Of a DNA stretch of 64,000 nucleotides, positions 47,606 through 57,204 are shown one piece after another. The stretch is from an uncultured Candidatus Saccharibacteria bacterium (GTDB taxonomy: Bacteria; Patescibacteriota; Dojkabacteria; GCA-002793355). How positions within the stretch are numbered: position 1 is the first letter of the stretch; the number at the start of each line of letters is the position of its first letter. The notes beneath the pieces were generated by a model. That model saw only the letters and a program-made list of their open reading frames with translations, did not search any database and was not told where the DNA came from. The stretch covers positions 248,662 to 312,661 of the forward strand of contig CAZGEO010000001.1 of the NCBI GenBank assembly GCA_964525295.1, written 5' to 3'. A program made the position numbers and the translations under genes.

Positions 47606-48529
47606 TTATTTTTTGATTCTCTTTGCGACTATCGTATAGCCCCAGTATGCTGCGCCAACAATTGCAATCACAGGTACAAAGACAACTACGTAGATCAAAG
47701 CCTTAACAACGCCATCTGTGAATGAAACCAAACTACGTACAGCTGACTTGAATGTTTTTGCAACTTCAAAAGTTCCCTCTGGAACATATGGCAAACTATA
47801 CTCATTTGTACTGAGGTAAATGGTGAATTGAGTATTCTGTGATAATTCATCGAGTGCTCGTTTGTTCCCCTTTAATGCATCAATTCGTGCTTGTGTTGAA
47901 TCTAATTGTGTCTGAATTCTCAACAAATCTTCAACACTCTTTGCCTGTTTATAATAATCTTTAATTTTTGCATAAGTCTCTTCATACTGCGCGAGCTCCC
48001 TTTCGATATCGCTATATTGTTGTGATACTTGGTATGAATTAACATTTCTATCAACAATCTTTATTGCCTTTTCACTCGCAAATTTCAAAAAATCATCTGC
48101 CGACTTATTAGGAATCAAAACCTGTAAACTGCCATTTTCTGCATTGTTGTCGGCACTTTTATTGATTGATTCATTCATTACCTTTCCTGATAATGCCGTT
48201 ACATAAACTTTTACTTCTTCTACATAACCACTAACACTCTTAACATGAGCACTAAGATAGTTCGTTGTAATTTGGCGATCTTTTGTTGCATTACCTACAA
48301 CCATTGAAGAATCGGCAGTTTTGACGAAACTTGTTGCTGGAGCATATGATGCGCCTGACGATTCAGTTTGCATGTAAGAGTAATCATAAGAACGACTAGA
48401 TGAGTAATTCGAGTTAATCTGAGAAGCACCAAAAATTACGATACCTAAAACGACCATTCCACCGAGGAAACCATAAATGAACTGCTTTTTCGATACAAAT
48501 CCTGCCTGAACTGCTTCTTTTACTTCCAT
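47606..48529 (-). CDS. Hypothetical membrane protein (N-terminal TM, coiled-coil, C-terminal TM pair)
   Basis: Architecture only. Confidence 0.4.
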   Translation of the reverse strand: MEVKEAVQAGFVSKKQFIYGFLGGMVVLGIVIFGASQINSNYSSSRSYDYSYMQTESSGASYAPATSFVKTADSSMVVGNATKDRQITTNYLSAHVKSVSGYVEEVKVYVTALSGKVMNESINKSADNNAENGSLQVLIPNKSADDFLKFASEKAIKIVDRNVNSYQVSQQYSDIERELAQYEETYAKIKDYYKQAKSVEDLLRIQTQLDSTQARIDALKGNKRALDELSQNTQFTIYLSTNEYSLPYVPEGTFEVAKTFKSAVRSLVSFTDGVVKALIYVVVFVPVIAIVGAAYWGYTIVAKRIKK

Positions 48530-48558
48530 TATTCTCTGAATTATCTTATTTACTTATG

Positions 48559-49368
48559 CTACACCCAGAATCTTGCTCGTGCAAGAAATTCTTGCTCATG
48601 TATATTTCCTAATTGCCACTTTTGAGGAGTGATTTCGTCCAATTCTTGCCACTCAAATGGTACAGAGATGGTAGGTTTGGTATATGCACGAAGCGAAAAG
48701 GGAGCTACATTAGTTGCACCACGGCTATTACGTAAATAATCGATAAATATTTTTTCTTTCCGTTCTTCTTTTTTTATTTCTACGGTAAATAACCGAGGAT
48801 ATTTAGTTGACAATGAAAGTGCGATATCTTTTGCATCGGAACGCACTTCATCCCAACCCGCCCGCCCATTCCTCGGTACTTTTATATGATATCCTTTTAT
48901 TCCTGATGTCTTTACAAAATTTGGAAAACCTTCCCACGTTAACCTTTCGTGCAACAACCATGTTGCTTCTTGTAACCTTTCTATCGTTACTTCTGGCCCC
49001 GGATCTAAATCAAAAATCATCGCGTTTGCCATATTCGGTGACTCTGGTTTTGCATGCCATTGATGAAACTCAATTGTTCCGATATTCACTAAATATTCAA
49101 TATCTTCGTATGAATCGAGTAAAATATACACGCCACTCCCCTCTTTTTCGGCGACTCGAACACGCTCAATATATGCAGGAAAATACTCCTGAGGATGACG
49201 TTGATAAAATTTTGGAGAAGCCACCCCTTCAGGAGCGCGAACCAACGAGACGGGGAAATTTTTCAAAAAAGGTAACATAGCAGGTGCAACATATTTATAG
49301 TATGCAGCAATCTGTTCTTTAGTATGACCAGTTTTTGGAAAAAGAATTCGTGTTGGGGAAGTTAGCAT
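48559..49368 (-). CDS. LigD-type primase-polymerase domain protein (NHEJ PolDom / AEP superfamily), stand-alone
   Basis: RILFPKTGHTKEQIAAYYKYVAPAMLPFLKNFPVSLVRAPEG...MIFDLDPGPE...FVKTSGIKGYHIKVP matches LigD polymerase-domain motifs, including the DxD and the SGxKGxH region. Confidence 0.65.
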   Translation of the reverse strand: MLTSPTRILFPKTGHTKEQIAAYYKYVAPAMLPFLKNFPVSLVRAPEGVASPKFYQRHPQEYFPAYIERVRVAEKEGSGVYILLDSYEDIEYLVNIGTIEFHQWHAKPESPNMANAMIFDLDPGPEVTIERLQEATWLLHERLTWEGFPNFVKTSGIKGYHIKVPRNGRAGWDEVRSDAKDIALSLSTKYPRLFTVEIKKEERKEKIFIDYLRNSRGATNVAPFSLRAYTKPTISVPFEWQELDEITPQKWQLGNIHEQEFLARARFWV

Positions 49369-49416
49369 ACGATCATTGTAATTGACCGCAGTTATTTGTC
49401 AATCACTAAATCGGTA

Positions 49417-50640
49417 TTAATTACTACGTAAAGCCTCAATTGGCGACAATCTACCTGCTTGAATTGCTGGATACAATCCAAATACGATACCGACGACCGA
49501 AGAAACCCCGAGTGAAGTGATTATTGCTGAAACTGAAACATATAAGGGCAAACCACCGACCTGTTCAATAATGATAGCACCTGTACTTCCAATAATAATT
49601 CCTAAGATACCTCCGATGAGCGAGAACAACACTGATTCAATCAAAATCTGTGTTTGAATCGCTTGATTCGTAGCTCCAATCGCTTTACGCAAACCAATTT
49701 CTTTAACTCTTTCTTTAACAGAAACAAGCATAATATTCATAACGCCAATTCCACCGACAACCAATGAAATTGCTGAAATGACCGAGATGAATAGTGTTAC
49801 CGTTCCTAAAATTGTATTTGATGTTTCGATAATTTCTGCCTGTGTCGTAATAGTAAAGTCAGACTTTTCTGAAGGTAAAATTTTACGCTCTGCACGAAGC
49901 ACTTTGTCGATTCGTGTCTTCAATTCAGGAATTGCATTTTCATTTGCTGCAGTAAAAAGAATTGACTGTACTCTATCTGCTTTTCGATAGACATCACGAT
50001 ACGTCTTAGTATCCAAATAGGTCTCAAAAGTATCACCTCCACCGAAAGTACCCGCAGCATCTTCGACTACACCAACGATGGTGAATTCATATCCTTGCAA
50101 GGTAATCTTCTTACCTACAGGATCTTGCAATTTGAAGAAACGATTTTTCGTTGATTCACTAATTATAGTTTCTCTACTACCTTCGCTGCTTGCTCTAAAA
50201 TATCGACCGCTTTGCAAAGGAAGATCAATGATTTTGAAGTATCCAGGATCAATCACAAATACAAGAGAATCTTCTTCCTGATTACCGTAGCTCAGCTTGA
50301 AACTTGCAATTTGTCGTCTTGAAATGTTTGCAATATTGCCCTCTTTAACTTTCATAATTGCATCATAATCTGCATCGGTCAGCGAATTTAACACTGAACT
50401 AAAACTGAAACTTATGCCACCGCTTGAACTTTGCTGTCCAGGTTGAACAACGAGAAGATTTTTTCCTAATCGATTTGAAATACTTTGATTAATCAACTCT
50501 TGCGCGCTTCCACCGATACTTACCATCATGGTTACGCTAGCAATGCCAATAAGAATCCCTAAAATCGTTAAAAATGAACGAACCTTATTCGCTAGAATAT
50601 CTTTGAGTGCGATTTTTACAAATTTGAAAAGGTTATTCAA
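49417..50640 (-). CDS. ABC transporter permease, MacB/FtsX family
   Basis: N-terminal TM, large periplasmic domain, and C-terminal FtsX-like 3-TM bundle. Confidence 0.85.
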   Translation of the reverse strand: MNNLFKFVKIALKDILANKVRSFLTILGILIGIASVTMMVSIGGSAQELINQSISNRLGKNLLVVQPGQQSSSGGISFSFSSVLNSLTDADYDAIMKVKEGNIANISRRQIASFKLSYGNQEEDSLVFVIDPGYFKIIDLPLQSGRYFRASSEGSRETIISESTKNRFFKLQDPVGKKITLQGYEFTIVGVVEDAAGTFGGGDTFETYLDTKTYRDVYRKADRVQSILFTAANENAIPELKTRIDKVLRAERKILPSEKSDFTITTQAEIIETSNTILGTVTLFISVISAISLVVGGIGVMNIMLVSVKERVKEIGLRKAIGATNQAIQTQILIESVLFSLIGGILGIIIGSTGAIIIEQVGGLPLYVSVSAIITSLGVSSVVGIVFGLYPAIQAGRLSPIEALRSN

Positions 50641-51313
50641 TTTTACCGTCTAAAATCTTAATTTGTCTTTGTGCATGTGATGCAATTTCGTTATCATGTG
50701 TAATAAGAACAATAGTTTTACCCATACTTTGCAACTTTTCAAAGATTCCTAATACAACCTGTCCTGTTTTTGAATCCAGGTTTCCAGTTGGTTCGTCTGC
50801 TAACAGTAATTCTGGATCAGCCATAAGAGCTCGAGCAATCGCTACTCTTTGTTTCTGTCCACCCGAGATTTGCGAAGGCAGATTGCGAGCTTTATCTTCA
50901 ATGTCGAGAAGTTTCAATAATTCCATTGCTCGTTCCGTTGCATTTTCAACAGGTACATACAAAGTTGGAAGCAACACATTCTCAAGTACTGAATATCTTT
51001 CAAGTAAATTGAAGGACTGAAAAATGAAGCCAATCACTTTTCCTCTATAGAGAGCAAGTTCCTTATCACTTAATGCTTTAACGTCCTGACCTGCGAGTTT
51101 ATACATTCCAGAGTCGTATGTATCTAAACATCCAATGATATTCATTGCTGTTGATTTACCACTACCAGAAGGGCCAACAATCGCAACGAATTCACCTTTT
51201 TTTACTTGCAGCGAAATGTTATCAAGAGCATGAAAATCAAGCCCTTCATTTCGGTACCACTTATCTAGATTTTTAATGTCAATAACTATTTCTTGAGCAA
51301 TTTTTTCAGCCAT
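50633..51313 (-). CDS. ABC transporter ATP-binding protein (MacB/LolD-type)
   Basis: Walker A GPSGSGKST, signature LSGGQKQRVAIARAL, and Walker B LLLADEPTGNLD. Confidence 0.9.
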   Translation of the reverse strand: MAEKIAQEIVIDIKNLDKWYRNEGLDFHALDNISLQVKKGEFVAIVGPSGSGKSTAMNIIGCLDTYDSGMYKLAGQDVKALSDKELALYRGKVIGFIFQSFNLLERYSVLENVLLPTLYVPVENATERAMELLKLLDIEDKARNLPSQISGGQKQRVAIARALMADPELLLADEPTGNLDSKTGQVVLGIFEKLQSMGKTIVLITHDNEIASHAQRQIKILDGKIE

Positions 51314-52449
51314 GGTCGTAATGCAATAATTTGTTTTGGTTCTTCTTTATCAATAATTACTTCTGCTGGAGTTTCTAGACCTTCAGTAATTTCTACTACA
51401 TCCTCTCCAATAATACCAAGAGTAATAGTCTTTCGGACAGCAGTTCCATTTTCAAGTACCAATAGTGAGCCTTTCGAGAATGATTCAATAGTTACAGCAT
51501 CGAATGGTACTGTGGCAACATTTTCTTTGCTTGCGATAACAATTGCGCCTTCGAGTTTCCCACCATAGGGAACTTCTGCAGGAAATTCTTTCAATGCAAT
51601 CGTAACTTCGTAACTTGGCGCATCAACTGCACTTGACGCAGAAGGTGTCATGGAAACATGTGATACGACTCCAGAAAATTCTTTGTCGGTCACTCTACTA
51701 CGAATTGTAACTGGCATATCTTTTTTGACTTGTGCAATTTCTTGTTCTGACAGGCTAATAACAATGCGAGCATCAGAATCACTTACAATAATCAAATAAT
51801 TACCACCAGAAGAAGAAGAACTAGAGCTAGCTCCCATCGACAATGAGCTGATTCCTAGCGAAGCTGGAAGTGATGAGGAACCTGAAGCTGACATATTCTT
51901 ATCATTTTGATACACCGTAAGAACTTTCCCATCAAATGGTGCGAAAACTTTACGCTTATTTAGATTTAATTCCGCATTTTTCATTTGATAATATGCAGCA
52001 TTGACCTGCGCTTGAATTTGAGAAGCTGAAGTTGTTGAAGGTATCGTTACAGTTGTTGGAACTCCTGGAATTCCTAAGTCTGGAATCGAAATTGATGTTC
52101 CAGCTGAAGCTGCGTTTTTTGCTGCTGCTGCTGCACTATATGATGCTTGCGCAGCTTTATACTGGTTATATTCAGATTCATCTTTCATTTCTACAATCAT
52201 TTCACCTTTTTTAACCGAGTAACCTTCACGAACGTTAATACTTTTGATATCACTGAATGCTCCGAGTGAAATTTTCGTATAGCTAACTGGATACCAATAA
52301 GTGGTGAAGTCAATTTCCTTTGCGACATTCCCTGAAGATGGTTGTTGAGTCTTATATGTCTCAACTGTTTCAAATCGGAAAAGTGTTGCTAAGATTAAAG
52401 CAACAACCACAAGAGCAGTAATAATTACTTTTACAACTTTTTTGTTCAT
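51286..52449 (-). CDS. HlyD/MacA-like periplasmic adaptor (membrane fusion protein) with internal poly-Ser tract
   Basis: N-terminal TM, lipoyl-like and beta-barrel regions, and a SSSSSSS run. Confidence 0.7.
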   Translation of the reverse strand: MNKKVVKVIITALVVVALILATLFRFETVETYKTQQPSSGNVAKEIDFTTYWYPVSYTKISLGAFSDIKSINVREGYSVKKGEMIVEMKDESEYNQYKAAQASYSAAAAAKNAASAGTSISIPDLGIPGVPTTVTIPSTTSASQIQAQVNAAYYQMKNAELNLNKRKVFAPFDGKVLTVYQNDKNMSASGSSSLPASLGISSLSMGASSSSSSSGGNYLIIVSDSDARIVISLSEQEIAQVKKDMPVTIRSRVTDKEFSGVVSHVSMTPSASSAVDAPSYEVTIALKEFPAEVPYGGKLEGAIVIASKENVATVPFDAVTIESFSKGSLLVLENGTAVRKTITLGIIGEDVVEITEGLETPAEVIIDKEEPKQIIALRPWLKKLLKK

Positions 52450-52587
52450 GGTCCTGGATTATATCACTATAGGAATATCTGCTTCAATACTCTACACACA
52501 AAACCAGATAAACACTATCGACTTCATTACTTCACGCAGAATAAATACCACTTGCCATATAGTTGCAAGAGCACAAGCAAGGTGCAG

Positions 52588-53313
52588 TTATTTTGTGAGC
52601 AAACCTCGCATAACTTCCGCCAAGGAAGGCTGTTCTATGCTCAATACCCGCAAACGAGAACGCTCATATGCTGAAATAAGCACCACTTTATGACCAAAAA
52701 CGAGAACATTGCAAACGGCACCACGAATATGGACCGGCGAATGTCTGAATGAATACCAAGAAAAGCGTGTCATCTCTTCAGCTGGCCCTTCAGGACCGTA
52801 CTCTTTAAAAGAAAATCCTTTAAATAACTTCCTGTTAAAAACTAATGGACGAATTTCTGAAATCTTTTTACTTGCATTCAAAATGATAAACGAAACAACT
52901 TCTTGTGCACTGGCTGCTTGATGATACACTTCGAGTACAGCATCTACTCCTTCTTCGATAGTTACATGGATTGTACCTGCTTTGTTAATATCTCCCAACG
53001 CTTCAGCTTCATCAAGTAATCCAGCAAGCATTTCTCCCGTTGATTCAGCTTCTTGTAAACGCGACTGCACAATTTGTTTCAATTTTTCGTATTGACAAGC
53101 CATAATTAGTCTTTTACCTGCGCGCTGTTCTTCTTCAAGCAGTTTTTCTTCTAGCAATTGTTCTACATGAAAATGAACTGTTGGCCTTTTCATGCCAATT
53201 CTTGTAGCTAGTTCCATTATCGTTGCTGGACCATGTTTTGATAAATCAGCGAAAAGTAAAACTTGCTGTTCTTCTAAACCAATATTCTTTAAAATTTTTT
53301 CAAGACGATCCAT
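52588..53313 (-). CDS. Winged-helix transcriptional regulator (TrmB/ArsR-like N-terminal HTH)
   Basis: LLFADLSKHGPATIMELATRIGMKRPTVHFHVEQLLEEKLLEE. Confidence 0.6.
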   Translation of the reverse strand: MDRLEKILKNIGLEEQQVLLFADLSKHGPATIMELATRIGMKRPTVHFHVEQLLEEKLLEEEQRAGKRLIMACQYEKLKQIVQSRLQEAESTGEMLAGLLDEAEALGDINKAGTIHVTIEEGVDAVLEVYHQAASAQEVVSFIILNASKKISEIRPLVFNRKLFKGFSFKEYGPEGPAEEMTRFSWYSFRHSPVHIRGAVCNVLVFGHKVVLISAYERSRLRVLSIEQPSLAEVMRGLLTK

Positions 53314-53335
53314 AAGAAAGTATATGATGACAGGG

Positions 53336-53365
53336 CGTACATGTCAACATGCGTTGACATGTACG
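53336..53365. promoter_or_regulatory. Perfect 13-4-13 inverted repeat CGTACATGTCAAC-atgc-GTTGACATGTACG plus a third half-site downstream
   Basis: Lies between the divergent regulator (start 53313) and the 448-aa ORF. TACATGTCAA recurs at about 53388. Confidence 0.55.
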
Positions 53366-53393
53366 CAAGAAAGCCCTCCGGCAAGCACATTAC

Positions 53394-54740
53394 ATGTCAA
53401 GCATACGCAACACAAAAGTCATTCCACACAGCTTACACATCTATGCTAAAATCACATTCTGCCCAAACAAGTGTAATTCATACATACAATCTACAATTAT
53501 GGAAGCAAAACTACTACAAAAACCCGCGCAAGAGCGCCTAATGCAAACGACTAACACCTTTTACTCCATCATAGAAGGATCCTTAAAAGACGGAATTACC
53601 CTTGATTCCCTCAAACAAGAAGTAATAAAAAAAGCCGAAGAAGATATTGCCAAACATGGGCAACAAAACAACAAAACACAAAAAGGAGTGAACGCTCAAG
53701 TTATAAATCTCTTGATTCTTCAAACACTTGCACTCAAATCAACAAATACAGCTGAATCTATTAATGCAACCCAAAGTGCTCGAGAATCACAATCAGTAAA
53801 CATAGCCGATTTCGAAGAACAGATACTCCCATATGACCGCCTCCTATTGCAGAAGCTCAACGACGCCATTGATACACAGAAACTCGAAGCATATCTTACT
53901 ACTGTACGCCAAGAGCTTTCTGAATACAAAGGAAAACGTCGAAAACACGCTATTGCGTTAATAAACGGCTTTACACTTGCAGGAAAAGGCACCGCCATGA
54001 AGGCAAACAACATATCGGCCGTTGAAACAGGCACAGAAGGAATCGTTGGAGCAAATGATGACTATGCTCATTGGGCCGAGGTCATGAATTATTATGATAT
54101 CCCAAGACACAATTCAGATTATTATCCTGACAATCTCATGATTTTAGCAATTGCAATGGAACTTTCTGCACAACGTCAGAAACTTGACAAAGACCCCACA
54201 AAAATCGATTCTCCAGTATTTATTAGTGGATTTCCACGCACTGCAGGGCAAGTAGCGTTTCTCGCAGGTATACCGACAAACCAAGTGGTTCCTCCTTTCT
54301 TTTTTAGATTGAATGCAAAAACCGCCTTAACGAGAACAATTTATCGAATGTTCCAAGATTACACTAACATTGCACTTGAGTTTGATTGGCGAACCGACGA
54401 CCTAAAATCCATAGAATCAGAAGAGCTTTCACTTAATGAACTCAAAAATGCGCTACTCATTGAATTTAATTATCTAAACGACAAATATCCAGACAAAAAT
54501 CTCGAGAACGAACAGAAAATTAATCAAGCCCTACATGAATTCATAGACGTTTTTAAACTGAACTTGGGCAATAAGGCCCGTTGGCATCGCGACGAAGGCC
54601 GTATGCGTGGAGTTATCGAACAATTCAGCCAACGATTTCCAGAGCACACAAAAGCGATTGCCATCGTTGATGTAGACGAGTTATCGAAAGAGCAACAAGC
54701 AGCAACACTACGAGATTTTCTGAATCGCTATGTTTCTTAG
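53394..54740 (+). CDS. Hypothetical protein (448 aa)
   Basis: ORF only. The real start may be the internal Met MEAKLLQK (about 53496), since the annotated ATG sits inside the third operator half-site. Confidence 0.45.
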   Translation: MSSIRNTKVIPHSLHIYAKITFCPNKCNSYIQSTIMEAKLLQKPAQERLMQTTNTFYSIIEGSLKDGITLDSLKQEVIKKAEEDIAKHGQQNNKTQKGVNAQVINLLILQTLALKSTNTAESINATQSARESQSVNIADFEEQILPYDRLLLQKLNDAIDTQKLEAYLTTVRQELSEYKGKRRKHAIALINGFTLAGKGTAMKANNISAVETGTEGIVGANDDYAHWAEVMNYYDIPRHNSDYYPDNLMILAIAMELSAQRQKLDKDPTKIDSPVFISGFPRTAGQVAFLAGIPTNQVVPPFFFRLNAKTALTRTIYRMFQDYTNIALEFDWRTDDLKSIESEELSLNELKNALLIEFNYLNDKYPDKNLENEQKINQALHEFIDVFKLNLGNKARWHRDEGRMRGVIEQFSQRFPEHTKAIAIVDVDELSKEQQAATLRDFLNRYVS

Positions 54741-54817
54741 TTACGAATTCTAGAATTGTTACCTGCAATTGCAGAAAATACTCTTCTCAATCATCTAAAA
54801 TATGATATAATCCCTTC

Positions 54818-55045
54818 ATGAAACAGAATACGCACCCAACCTATCAGGTAATCACCGTTACTTGCACTAACTGTGGTACCGATTTCACCATTGGGTCAAC
54901 AGCAACAAAAGGTTTTAGCGTAGCGCTCTGTTCACACTGTCACCCAGCTTATACTGGAGCACAAACCATCGTAGACACGGCAAACCGAGTCTCAAAATTC
55001 ATGGAGCGCCAGAAAAGAGCCGAAGAGATGCGCACAAAGAAATAG
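54818..55045 (+). CDS. rpmE: 50S ribosomal protein L31 (zinc-ribbon type)
   Basis: HPTYQVITVTCTNCGT...CSHCHPAYTG shows the CxxC...CxxC L31 pattern. Confidence 0.85.
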   Translation: MKQNTHPTYQVITVTCTNCGTDFTIGSTATKGFSVALCSHCHPAYTGAQTIVDTANRVSKFMERQKRAEEMRTKK

Positions 55046-55048
55046 CAG

Positions 55049-55103
55049 CGAAATATCAAGAGATGGTCTCAGACACCTGTTGTTTGGGTCCATCTCTTTT
55101 TTT
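55049..55103 (+). terminator. Rho-independent terminator after rpmE
   Basis: AGAGATGG...CCATCTCT stem followed by T7. Confidence 0.6.
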
Positions 55104-55129
55104 GCATTTAAATTACCTTTTGTAAAAAT

Positions 55130-56230
55130 ATGCTAACCGAGACAGATATCTTGGCACTTGGCTCACAAATTGATTCCAAACTCAAATCAGTAACAAACGA
55201 TCTTGCAGACATTGCAGGAAATTTAGAGAATTCAACCGATTACGCATCTGAAGAATATATTAGTGCATATAAACGACAGCGCGCACTAGAAATTAGAAAA
55301 GAAGGATTAACTCGCCTCGCAAAAATATTCGCACAATACCTTGATGCTCACGAAATTCTTTCAGGTGGCACAAGCGATGCCGAATTAATCACAATTGCAA
55401 CAGAAGAAATTGCGACACTTACCCCAGAAATTCAGAAACTTTATGATAGTACCCTGAGCGAAGCAGCAAAGTTTCAAAACGTTGTCATGGAGATTCGCGC
55501 AGGAGCAGGTGGAGAAGAAGCTGCCCTATTCGCGCAAGAAATTTATAATATGTTCGCACAATTCGGCACAGAACGTGGCTGGAAAGTCGAGATAACCGAC
55601 AGTGAAGTATCAGAAAAAGGTGGTTTTCGCCATGCAGACATTTATATTGAAGGAGCAGATGCTTATTTTTGGCTACAACATGAAAGTGGCGTACATCGTG
55701 TACAAAGAGTACCAGCAACTGAAAGTTCTGGCAGAATTCATACTTCAACAATAAGCGTTGCGATATTACCTGAAGTTGACGACGTAGATGTCAAAATCGA
55801 CCCCAAAGATATTGTCATGGAGGCGTTTCGCTCAAGTGGTCCCGGAGGACAATACGTTAACAAAACTTCATCAGCAGTTCGCTTACGACATATTCCTACT
55901 GGCGTAGTAGTAGCGTCACAAGAGCAACGATCACAATTGAAAAACCGTGAAGCAGCGATGCGCATGTTGAAATCAAAAATTTATCAAGCACAACAAGAAG
56001 CACAATCAAAAGAATTGGGAGATTTACGACGAAGTCAGATTGGAACAGGTGATAGATCGGAAAAAATCAGAACCTATAACTTTCCTCAAAGCCGTGTTAC
56101 CGACCACCGGGTGAAGAAATCTTGGTTCAATATTGTTGAAATTATGAACGGCAAAATTGAAACAATGCTCACAGATGTTAGAACGTTAATCGCGGAAAAT
56201 GGAATTGCAGAAGGCGACGATGAGGAATAA
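55130..56230 (+). CDS. prfA: Peptide chain release factor 1
   Basis: PAT tripeptide (RF1-type) and the SGPGGQYVNKTSSAVRLRHIPTG GGQ motif. Confidence 0.9.
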   Translation: MLTETDILALGSQIDSKLKSVTNDLADIAGNLENSTDYASEEYISAYKRQRALEIRKEGLTRLAKIFAQYLDAHEILSGGTSDAELITIATEEIATLTPEIQKLYDSTLSEAAKFQNVVMEIRAGAGGEEAALFAQEIYNMFAQFGTERGWKVEITDSEVSEKGGFRHADIYIEGADAYFWLQHESGVHRVQRVPATESSGRIHTSTISVAILPEVDDVDVKIDPKDIVMEAFRSSGPGGQYVNKTSSAVRLRHIPTGVVVASQEQRSQLKNREAAMRMLKSKIYQAQQEAQSKELGDLRRSQIGTGDRSEKIRTYNFPQSRVTDHRVKKSWFNIVEIMNGKIETMLTDVRTLIAENGIAEGDDEE

Positions 56231-56296
56231 TTAACAATCTACAATTATTAATTTTCAATTCGAAAATTTTGCATTCGCAAAAAAATTTTACAAACT

Positions 56297-57106
56297 ATGA
56301 CTGAAAAAGAAGCCTCACAAAAAATTTTGGCTACCCTACGTTCAGAAAATTATCCAGATAATTATTTACCAGAGCTAGTAAAATTTCTGGAAATTTCACA
56401 ATTTTCTAACACATCATTATCAAACGAAAAGATACAAAGCCTTGAGAAGATTCTCGACGAACTGAAGCAGCAATGCCCAGTTGAATATATCGTTGGTCAT
56501 GCTCATTTTTATGGGAATCAATTCATTGTCAATCAACACGTATTGATTCCACGCGTCGATACAGAGGAACTTGTATCGGGAACCCTCAACATCATCAAAG
56601 AATTGCCTCAAAAACTAACACTTATCGACATTGGCACAGGAAGTGGGGCGATCATACTTTCACTCGCAAAAAAGCTACTAGAGACTTCAAGAAAGGATAC
56701 AACAACCTATATTGCAACAGACATTTCTCAGGAAGCAGTAAAAGTTGCAGAAATAAATGCAAAAACGCTCGTCATCAATAATGTAATTTTTCAGTTAGCT
56801 GACGTTTACCCACGCGATAATCAAGGCAACTTCTTGTTGCCTGAAGATGAAAACGTCGTCATTGTCACCAATCCACCATATATTGAGAAAAAGAATATGG
56901 CTACTCTCCCCTCTTCAGTTGTGGAATACGAACCTCATCTCGCGCTTTTTGAACAAGAAGGTTTTCTTGAGAAACTGACAGCGTACCTACACTTCCTTCG
57001 GAGTAACGGCAAACGCGTGCATCTAGCTATTGAATACTCAAAAGACGAAAAGATGATTCAAAGATTCGCTAAAGATTTACGAACTTCTCCAGTTGAGATT
57101 CTCTAA
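56297..57106 (+). CDS. prmC: Release factor glutamine N5-methyltransferase PrmC/HemK
   Basis: SAM motif LIDIGTGSGAI and NPPY (IVTNPPYI). Confidence 0.85.
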   Translation: MTEKEASQKILATLRSENYPDNYLPELVKFLEISQFSNTSLSNEKIQSLEKILDELKQQCPVEYIVGHAHFYGNQFIVNQHVLIPRVDTEELVSGTLNIIKELPQKLTLIDIGTGSGAIILSLAKKLLETSRKDTTTYIATDISQEAVKVAEINAKTLVINNVIFQLADVYPRDNQGNFLLPEDENVVIVTNPPYIEKKNMATLPSSVVEYEPHLALFEQEGFLEKLTAYLHFLRSNGKRVHLAIEYSKDEKMIQRFAKDLRTSPVEIL

Positions 57107-57204
57107 CGCACACGAAGTGGATGCAAAGCATTGAAATATAGAGCCCTAAATCACGAAGTGATTTTCTCTCCATAATTGTGAGGCCGTAAGACCAGAGATA
57201 TCAA

